20,000 nt of DNA from an uncultured virus (IMG/VR IMGVR_UViG_3300020325_000015) (Duplodnaviria > Heunggongvirae > Uroviricota > Caudoviricetes). Position numbers and translations under genes: made by a program. The stretch lies in the IMG/VR virus record IMGVR_UViG_3300020325_000015; one strand, written 5' to 3'. A model generated the notes under the pieces. The model was not told the DNA's origin. It did not search any database and saw only the letters and a program-made list of their open reading frames with translations. This document shows positions 7,883-15,600 of this stretch, piece after piece; position 1 is the first letter of the stretch, and each line of letters starts with the position of its first letter.

Positions 7883-8078
7883 AATGTTATTAAAGTCTGC
7901 TGAAGCAGATAAAACAAAAGCATTGCTTAGTTTAGATTTATTAAGCAATAAAGCTGCAGGTATTGGTGATCATTCAACTGATGATTATTATAAAAACGCA
8001 GAGCAAGCATTACAAATGTTAGTTGATGCCGACGATAGAATTAAAACACTAAATAAATATTTTAATGAAGGAAGCTAA
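7863..8078 (+). CDS. Hypothetical helical protein (71 aa) with GIGDH motif
   Basis: Helix-GIGDHS-helix pattern; co-oriented and overlapping its neighbours. Confidence 0.75.
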   Translation: MYKQLYEMLLKSAEADKTKALLSLDLLSNKAAGIGDHSTDDYYKNAEQALQMLVDADDRIKTLNKYFNEGS

Positions 8079-8271
8079 GCTAATAGAAATGCGCAATAGA
8101 ATTGAAACCATAGGAGCTGCAATGAATAGAGTTGTACAAGAACTTACTCATTTAAAAGATTTAAGTATTGGTACAATGGAATTAGTTAAGAAGCTACCTG
8201 GTTATGATAAAGCATTAGATGAATTAAAAGAACAATATAAGAAAAAGAAAACAGATGAGTCTATTCAATGA
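8065..8271 (+). CDS. Hypothetical coiled-coil protein (68 aa)
   Basis: Heptad-like helical sequence; overlaps the nrdB start. Confidence 0.7.
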   Translation: MKEAKLIEMRNRIETIGAAMNRVVQELTHLKDLSIGTMELVKKLPGYDKALDELKEQYKKKKTDESIQ

Positions 8272-9223
8272 AAGAATACCTTATAAACCTTTTGAATATC
8301 CGGAATATTATACAGAAGGTTGGCTTAAACAAGCACAAGCTTTTTGGCTTCACACAGAGATACCAATGTCAGGTGACGTCAAAGATTGGAATGAAAAACT
8401 TACCAAGGCAGAGAAGAACTTGGTTGGAAATATACTTTTGGGATTTGCACAAACGGAGTGTGCGGTTTCTGATTATTGGACCCAAAAAGTTGTATCGTGG
8501 TTTCCTAAACATGAAATCCAACAAATGGCCATGATGTTTGGCTCACAAGAAACAATTCACGCAGTAGCATATTCTTATTTAAATGAAACACTCGGACTCG
8601 AAAATTTCGAAGCATTCTTACACGAACCCGCCACGGCCCAGCGCTTCGATAATCTTGTTAGTTACTCTGGTAACGACCCTATTGGGATTGGCAGGTCTCT
8701 CGCTGTATTTTCTGCATTTGCAGAAGGCGTTAGTCTCTATTCCGCTTTTGCTGTGCTATATAGTTTTCAGTTGCGTAATTTGCTCAAAGGCATTGGCCAA
8801 CAGATGAAATGGAGTGTAAGGGATGAGTCATTACATTCTAAAATGGGATGTCAACTATTTAGGCATATGTGCCAAGAAATTAAAGGATTACAAAATGATT
8901 GCTATACACACGTTATTAAAGCAGCAAAAACAATGCTTAAAGCAGAGGAAAGATACATTGATAAAATGTTTGAACAAGGAGACATTGAAAACCTCAGTGC
9001 ATACGACCTTAAACAATTTATCAGAAAACGTCTCAACGAAAAAATTGTTGAACTCGGTTACTCAAACAGTGGGGCCTACTTTGAATACGACAAAGTTGCA
9101 GCGAGCAATCTTGACTGGTTCTACCATCTTACCGGGGGGCACACTCATACTGATTTCTTTGCTGTTCGTCCGACTGATTACTCAAAAGCTAACGAAGGAG
9201 AAGATTTTGAAGATATTTGGTAG
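8255..9223 (+). CDS. nrdB: Class I ribonucleotide reductase beta subunit
   Basis: KPFEYP and FW...E motifs; ligands E68 (FAQTE), E99/H102 (ETIH), EG (AEGVSLYSAF) and RDESLH; Tyr106; C-terminal HTDFFAVRPTDY. Confidence 0.95.
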   Translation: MSLFNERIPYKPFEYPEYYTEGWLKQAQAFWLHTEIPMSGDVKDWNEKLTKAEKNLVGNILLGFAQTECAVSDYWTQKVVSWFPKHEIQQMAMMFGSQETIHAVAYSYLNETLGLENFEAFLHEPATAQRFDNLVSYSGNDPIGIGRSLAVFSAFAEGVSLYSAFAVLYSFQLRNLLKGIGQQMKWSVRDESLHSKMGCQLFRHMCQEIKGLQNDCYTHVIKAAKTMLKAEERYIDKMFEQGDIENLSAYDLKQFIRKRLNEKIVELGYSNSGAYFEYDKVAASNLDWFYHLTGGHTHTDFFAVRPTDYSKANEGEDFEDIW

Positions 9224-9580
9224 ATGAGAGTTTGTAATGTTTGTAAGAAAAAGAAAAAAGATCATAAATTTAAACACGCAGGTAAGAAAACTTGTATACG
9301 ATGTGAGTTTAGGTGGAAACGATCTTTTATGCGTTTATTAGTTCAAGATAGAAGGCTTACAGCAAAAGAAAGAATTGCAAATAGATTAGGTTATATGGGT
9401 ACGGCATTTATTATGATGTCACCATATTTACTAGCATACGAAGGTATAGGTGTTATAACTTATATTATAGGTGGAATATTATCTATACCTCAAGTATGGG
9501 TTGCGAAACAATGGAACTTAGTATTAGTTAATTTAAATGTATCAATAGGATATTTAATATATTATTTAAATGTGGAATAA
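9224..9580 (+). CDS. Zn-ribbon (CxxC...CxxC) plus ~3-TM membrane protein
   Basis: CNVC...CIRC in a Lys-rich N-terminus, followed by three hydrophobic segments (LGYMGTAFIMMSPYLL; IGVITYIIGGILSIPQVWV; WNLVLVNLNVSIGYLIYYL). Confidence 0.75.
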   Translation: MRVCNVCKKKKKDHKFKHAGKKTCIRCEFRWKRSFMRLLVQDRRLTAKERIANRLGYMGTAFIMMSPYLLAYEGIGVITYIIGGILSIPQVWVAKQWNLVLVNLNVSIGYLIYYLNVE

Positions 9581-11315
9581 CAATTGGGTTAAAGGTAAAG
9601 ATTATCCTTCATGGGGTGATAATGATGTTTACAAAAAAACTATATCAGGTGGTTACCTTATAAATGGCGAATCACCTCGTGATGCTTACACACGTGTTGC
9701 TAAAACTGTAGCAAAACGTTTATATAAACCAGAACTTGCAGATAAATTTTTTGATTATATATGGAAAGGATGGTTATGTTTAGCTTCTCCTGTACTTTCT
9801 AATACAGGTGCAGACAGAGGTTTACCTATAAGTTGTTTTGGAATAGATGTTGCAGATAGTATACAGGATATAGGTAATAAAAATTTAGAAATGATGTTAC
9901 TTGCAAAACACGGTGGGGGTGTAGGTATCGGAGTTAATATGATTCGTCCTGCCGGTGCTAAAATTACAGGTAATGGAACTTCAGACGGCGTTGTCCCTTT
10001 TTGCAAAATATATGATTCCACTATACTCGCGACCAATCAAGGTTCCGTTAGAAGAGGAGCTGCAAGTGTTAATATCAATATTGAACACGACGATTTTGAA
10101 GAGTGGCTTGAAATTAGAGAACCTAAAGGAGATGTCAATAGACAATCACTTAACTTGCACCAGTGTGCTGTCGTTGGCGATAAGTTTATGCGAAAGCTTG
10201 AACTCGGAGATCCCGAAGCAAGAAAAAGATGGTCAAAGCTTATACAAAAACGTAAAGCAACTGGAGAACCTTATATCTTATTTAAAGGAAATACAAACAA
10301 AGCTAATCCAGAAGCATATAAGAAAAACAGTTTAAAAGTTCATATGACTAATATATGCAGTGAAATAGTATTGCATACAGATGAATCACATAGTTTTGTA
10401 TGTTGCTTATCTTCTGTTAACTTAGATAAATATGATGAATGGAAAAATACAAACCTTATATATGATTCTACATGGTTTTTAGATGGAGTTCTTGAGGAGT
10501 TTATTCAGAAAGCTAAAAACATGAAGGGATTTGAAAATGCAGTAAGATCTGCTGAGAAAGGAAGAGCTTTAGGTTTAGGTGTACTTGGATGGCATAGCTT
10601 ATTGCAAAAAAGAGGTATTGCTTATGAAAGTTTATTAGCACAGTTTAAAACACGTGAAATATTTTCAAAAATAAAAATTGAAACTGAACGTGCATCAAGA
10701 GCACTTGCTGAAATATATGGTGAGCCGCTTTGGTGTGTTGGCACAGGATTTAGAAATACACATCTTCGCGCTATAGCACCAACTGTAAGTAATTCTAAAT
10801 TAGCAGGTAATGTGTCACCGGGTATTGAACCTTGGGCTGCAAATGTATTTACAGAACAATCTGCTAAAGGCACATTTATTAGAAAAAATAACGAACTTAA
10901 AAAAGTATTAAGAAAAATTGGGATTGATAACAAAGATACATGGGATAAGATACTTGCCGATGGTGGATCTGTTCAAGCAATCGATGCACTTAACGGATGG
11001 TTTTTTGACGAAAGATCAAGGCTTACTGAATTACCAGGAGGAGAGCCGGTTAAAAACGTGTTCAAAACATTTAAAGAAATAAATCAACTAGAGTTAGTTA
11101 GACAAGCAGGTATAAGACAAGATTATATTGATCAATCAGTATCACTTAATCTTGCCTTTCCTTCTGAAGCTACCCCTCGTTGGATAAATCAAGTACATAT
11201 GGAGGCGTGGAAGCACGGTATAAAAACCTTGTATTATATGCGTACTGAGTCTGTACTGAGAGGTGACATAGCCGCAGCAGCTATGGATCCTAATTGTTTA
11301 AGCTGCGATGGTTAA
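9570..11315 (+). CDS. nrdA: Class I ribonucleotide reductase alpha subunit (compact, no ATP cone)
   Basis: SPVLSN, PISCF, GGGVG, QGSVRRGA, TNICSE (thiyl-radical Cys), CCLSS, APTVSNS, KTLYY and C-terminal CLSCDG; 581 aa. Confidence 0.96.
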   Translation: MWNNNWVKGKDYPSWGDNDVYKKTISGGYLINGESPRDAYTRVAKTVAKRLYKPELADKFFDYIWKGWLCLASPVLSNTGADRGLPISCFGIDVADSIQDIGNKNLEMMLLAKHGGGVGIGVNMIRPAGAKITGNGTSDGVVPFCKIYDSTILATNQGSVRRGAASVNINIEHDDFEEWLEIREPKGDVNRQSLNLHQCAVVGDKFMRKLELGDPEARKRWSKLIQKRKATGEPYILFKGNTNKANPEAYKKNSLKVHMTNICSEIVLHTDESHSFVCCLSSVNLDKYDEWKNTNLIYDSTWFLDGVLEEFIQKAKNMKGFENAVRSAEKGRALGLGVLGWHSLLQKRGIAYESLLAQFKTREIFSKIKIETERASRALAEIYGEPLWCVGTGFRNTHLRAIAPTVSNSKLAGNVSPGIEPWAANVFTEQSAKGTFIRKNNELKKVLRKIGIDNKDTWDKILADGGSVQAIDALNGWFFDERSRLTELPGGEPVKNVFKTFKEINQLELVRQAGIRQDYIDQSVSLNLAFPSEATPRWINQVHMEAWKHGIKTLYYMRTESVLRGDIAAAAMDPNCLSCDG

Positions 11316-11329
11316 TATAAATTAATAAT

Positions 11330-11521
11330 ATGGGAAAAAGATTCACATTTGCGGATGCAAAAGCAAAAATAAAAGAATTAGAAGATAAAATTGAATCCTT
11401 AAATTTAGATACAGGAGACAATATTTATTCTTCTTCAGAAAATAAAATAATAAAACTATACAAAGTATGGGCATTACTTGGCCCGGTGTTTGGTTTTATT
11501 GTTGGACTGTTATTCTTTTAA
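11330..11521 (+). CDS. Small protein with N-terminal coiled coil and C-terminal transmembrane helix
   Basis: AKAKIKELEDKIESL coiled coil; VWALLGPVFGFIVGLLFF hydrophobic tail. Confidence 0.7.
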   Translation: MGKRFTFADAKAKIKELEDKIESLNLDTGDNIYSSSENKIIKLYKVWALLGPVFGFIVGLLFF

Positions 11522-11553
11522 AAATAAAGGGGCTGTTAAAGGCCCCTTTTTTT
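11521..11553. terminator. Bidirectional rho-independent terminator between convergent arms
   Basis: AAAATAAA-GGGGCT-GTTAAA-GGCCCC-TTTTTTT: GC stem with a T-tract on + and an A-tract (T-tract on -), located where the + and - gene blocks meet. Confidence 0.85.
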
Positions 11554-12591
11554 ATTATATAGCTTACGCATTGCACTTTGAGGTGTAGAATCTTCAGTAT
11601 CAAGTTTAGGAATTCCTGTATATTTTTTTTGAAATTGACCTAAAGAAAGATTTTGCTGAGGCTCAAAGTTTAAAGAATCACCTAATGAATAATTATTACC
11701 TAAATCACCTGCCACACTGCTAGTGTTTAAAAAATCACCAAAATAACTATTATCTTGTTGTTTAGTTCGATCTAGCCTTGTTTCTATATTATCTTTTTCA
11801 ATTTTTTGATTTTGTTCTGTAGCTGCTTGTCCGTCAGTTTTAGCAGTATTAGTTTTTTCTTTATTACTATCGAAAAAATTTTCAGTTGTCATACCTTCAG
11901 GAGTTTCAGTTGGTTTAGGACTCGCTTGTTCTCCTCTTGCTAATTGAGATGCAAAGTTTCTAAGATACTCATTTCTAGCCTTTCTTCTTTTTTTAATAAG
12001 AGCTTTTTCAGCTTTAACATTTGCATCAAATTCAGGAGTGCCATATTCAAGACCACTTTTTCTAGCTCTTCTAAGAGCTTTTCTATTGTCTCTATTTTCT
12101 CTACGCCTTCCAGCTTTTGTTGTTCCAACAATAGGTTTATCTGAATCACTTGTAGCAGCTTTTTGTTCTTGCAATTTTTTATCCATTCTATTTCTAAAAT
12201 CTAGAGCTGCTTTTTTATTCATTAATTTTTTATATTCAGAATCGCCAGCTTGTTTAGCTATATCACCAAATATTTTTGTATATTTGCTATTTGATTTTTT
12301 AACGCCACCACTAGATGTTTTTGCATTACCACTAGATTTTTTATTAGTATCAGTAGCTTTACCACCTAAACCACCTTCTTTTCTAACATAATAATCACCC
12401 ATACCCTCTAAAGGGTTCTTTTTTATATCTGTTGGGTAACTAGTATTAGATGTATTTTGCGTTGCATTTTGTTTAGCCTCATAGGCAGCTCTTAATTTTC
12501 TTTTTGTTTCAACGGTGGGAGCACCATATTTATCATAGCCTTTTTTACCGGCCATAGCTGGATTTGTTCTAAGAATTGCTTCTAAACTCAT
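11536..12591 (-). CDS. Lys/Arg-rich low-complexity protein (351 aa), probable internal virion protein
   Basis: Long ORF immediately downstream of the giant gene. Basic blocks (GRRRENRDNRKALRRARK, KKRRKAR) and a hydrophilic, disorder-like composition. Function is inferred from context only. Confidence 0.75.
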   Translation of the reverse strand: MSLEAILRTNPAMAGKKGYDKYGAPTVETKRKLRAAYEAKQNATQNTSNTSYPTDIKKNPLEGMGDYYVRKEGGLGGKATDTNKKSSGNAKTSSGGVKKSNSKYTKIFGDIAKQAGDSEYKKLMNKKAALDFRNRMDKKLQEQKAATSDSDKPIVGTTKAGRRRENRDNRKALRRARKSGLEYGTPEFDANVKAEKALIKKRRKARNEYLRNFASQLARGEQASPKPTETPEGMTTENFFDSNKEKTNTAKTDGQAATEQNQKIEKDNIETRLDRTKQQDNSYFGDFLNTSSVAGDLGNNYSLGDSLNFEPQQNLSLGQFQKKYTGIPKLDTEDSTPQSAMRKLYNKKRGL

Positions 12592-12607
12592 AATTATTTA
12601 TTTTATA

Positions 12608-15600
12608 TTAACTTACTTTTTGTTCTGCTTTATTAGCTTTTGCTTCCCATGGAAGCTTTGGATGGCCATCTTCATACTTTTTCCCATTATATATCACATG
12701 ACCGTTTGTTCTTTTATATTTATTGTTTTTCCAATAAACATAGTCAGCATCATAATTTAACTGACCTGATTTCATATCTTTAATATGTTGCTTCTCATGA
12801 GCTATTACCTTTTTTCTTTTTTCTTTTGGTAAGCCAGGTTTTATATCAATAGTACCATCATTATTGGCTCTACCTAATACACCTTCGGGTAAATTTTTTT
12901 GTAAATTAGATCTACCTATTCTTCCTCTTTTTGTTCTTGTAGATATTTTTTTACCTGTTTGTCTAATATTTCTATTTGATTTTGTTTTATATTTAGGTGT
13001 TCTTAACTTAGAAGATTTTAAAAGATATTTTTGTAAAGCTTTTCTTTCTCTTTCTTGTTCTATTTCTTTATCTTTTAATCCTAAATCCCATTTATTATAT
13101 CCTAACATTAAGGATATTCTTTGCCATACTTCAGTATCACTATCAACAGATGCTTTTAAGTTTTCCATTTTTCTTAATGCTCTATCTAAAGGTATATTAG
13201 CAACAGCAGATAATGTTTGTGCAGCTGCCATATATGCAGGATTATCTATTGATAATGGACCTTCTTCACGCATTTTTTCAAGACTTTGTTTATACGTAAA
13301 TGCTCTACCAGCAGATTGTAATTTTCTAAGTTTTGAATTAATAGGTGGTGACAATGTTGTTATCTCATTTGCAACTTTTTCATAGTTAGGTCTGCCACTT
13401 TGATATTCATCAATAGCTTTTACAACCATATTTTTAGCAGTAGCTACAGCGGCACCAGCAACACCAGCACCTCTAAGCAATGTATCTGCAATACCATTAG
13501 CAACTCGGCCATATTTTTCTTTTTCTTTTTCATCATCTTCTTCATCATCGAAGAGCATTGAAAACATAGCTCCTTGTAATGCTGTAAATATTATATTTTG
13601 TACAGCTCCATAATATGCAAGTTTTGACAAATTAGTTTTCCAATCACCTCTGTTATTTATTAAGTCTAAGGCTGCTTTTTTAGTCAATCTAGCATATTGC
13701 ATAGGGGTGTTGGCAAAAGCCAATATAACGCGCCCTAAAGGGCTCGCTTGCTGCATTGAAACTCTATCTGGCCGTGAAGATTGTTGAGACTCTTCTGTTA
13801 TTTCTTTAAAATCAAGAAAAGCTTTTTCTTTTGCTTCAGTTTCAGATAATCCGTCTTGCTTATATTTATTAATTCTATTTCTATAAAAAGCTGCACCACC
13901 TATTGAAATAGCAAAACTATCTGCCATTTGTGTTGGTAAAAATCCTTTTTTAAGAATATAAGAAAGAGCGGCACGTACTTTATTTTGTGATGTTTCAGCT
14001 GTTCTTGCAATTTCATCTGCATTTACATCTGTTTTTAATCCGGATCTTCTTGATTTTAAAAAGTCTGAATTAAAAATTTCTGCAAAATCTGACCAATATT
14101 GTTTTTGATTAGCAAAAGCTTGTGCTGCTTTTATAGGATTATTATCCGACCAATTTAAATAATTTACAGATGAAATAGTTTGCAATAATGCAGATCTTGT
14201 ATTAAAGAACATTATAGTACCAACAGAATCATTAACCCAGTTCATAAATTGATTAGTTAATTTATTTGCACCTGTCGGTCTATTTCTTCCTGTTTTCATT
14301 CTATGTAGCATATCTTGCAAAGCTTCAACATAATTATCCCCGTATAAAGCTCGAAGTTTATTCATATTTTCTTTGCTATACACAATATCTACATTTTCTT
14401 GCCATTTTTCTAAAAACTTTTTTCTAGAAACTGTATTTGTATAATTAACTAAATCAGTTGTTATAGTTCCAGCAAGCCAATCACCTGTTGGTTCTGGATA
14501 ACCATCAATAGTTAAACCTTGTATTTGATTTGCAAAAGCAAGTAATTCAGGGTTTGATTCAACATGTTTTTTAAGAGCTTTAATGTCTTTTTTAGAAACA
14601 CCTTCTGGTAATACTTTTTGTTTATCCCAAAGATATAATCTTATAGCATCTTCATTAGTAAAATCTCTTACAGCTTCTTTATTTAATTTAGCAGGAGTAT
14701 TTTTAATTTTAGATTTTAAATCTTCCCATGCTTTTAACGCTACAATTTTAGCACTTTCATAGTTTTTAATACCTTCTGCATATGGATTTATAATGTTTTC
14801 TTTATACCATTCTAAATTTTTATCACCTGTTTTACCTTTACCAAGTGTTGGATATATAAGGCCCATATAATCTTCAGCTGAATATGGTACAAAGAATTTA
14901 AAAGGATTATTCTTTTTACCTAGCTTAGCAGCTCTAGCGTCAGAATATCTAGCTTTAGAATCAACACCTTTAACTTCTTGAAGTATATCGTTAAAATCAT
15001 CACTTAAACTTTGAGAGGCTTTTACTGACGATTCTGAAAGCTGGCCTGATTCATTTACACTATAAGTTTCAGCAATAGTTTTACCATTTAATAATTTAAT
15101 TTTTGTAGGATCTATACCATCGTCAAATAAAGCAACAGTGGGATTAAGGTATCTTTCAAGCCAACTGTTTTGAAATACTTTCCAGCCCTCGGGCATAGTT
15201 CTTTGATAACCAGCATTTGTAAGTTTTACGTCATCTGCTTTATCTAAAGCTAATAATTTAAAATTATTTACAACAGCTGCATAATCTAAATTAAAATTTC
15301 TACTAGTATCTAAAATACTATCTAATAAATACATATAAGCACCCGTTTGAGGCATAGCATGCTCCCATTCAATTAATTTAAATTTACCTTTATCAGTTGT
15401 AAATCCAACTGGCTTAGTGCTATATCCTACAAATTGTGCACCTAATCTATTAGGGTGATTATCATTACTAGCAGATAATTTCATATATTGCGCAACTGTT
15501 ATTGCGGCATTTGTTTTTTTATCTCCTTCAAGACTATTAATATATTTATCTAGTCTATTCCACATTTCTTTATGAATAGTACCCCATTTTCTATTAAACG

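Noticed and set aside
9221..9226. In-frame TAG-ATG after nrdB suggesting amber read-through or stop-codon reassignment
   Set aside because: NrdB ends in a normal C-terminal tail (EDFEDIW), and all long genes are intact under the standard code, so there is no sign of recoding.
3304..10933. Alternative-frame and antisense ORFs inside primase-helicase, TS, nrdB and nrdA (e.g. 3304..3729, 3914..4360, 5002..5301, 8823..9227, 9955..10335, 10622..10933)
   Set aside because: They are nested entirely or almost entirely in well-supported genes, have no motifs and are explained by codon bias.
2868..11315. Introns or inteins in the helicase, TS or RNR genes
   Set aside because: All are uninterrupted and of normal or compact length, with no intein termini or LAGLIDADG motifs.
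11330..11521. Holin call for the small TM protein
   Set aside because: It has a single C-terminal TM helix, no adjacent endolysin, and lies at the end of the replication arm; support is insufficient.
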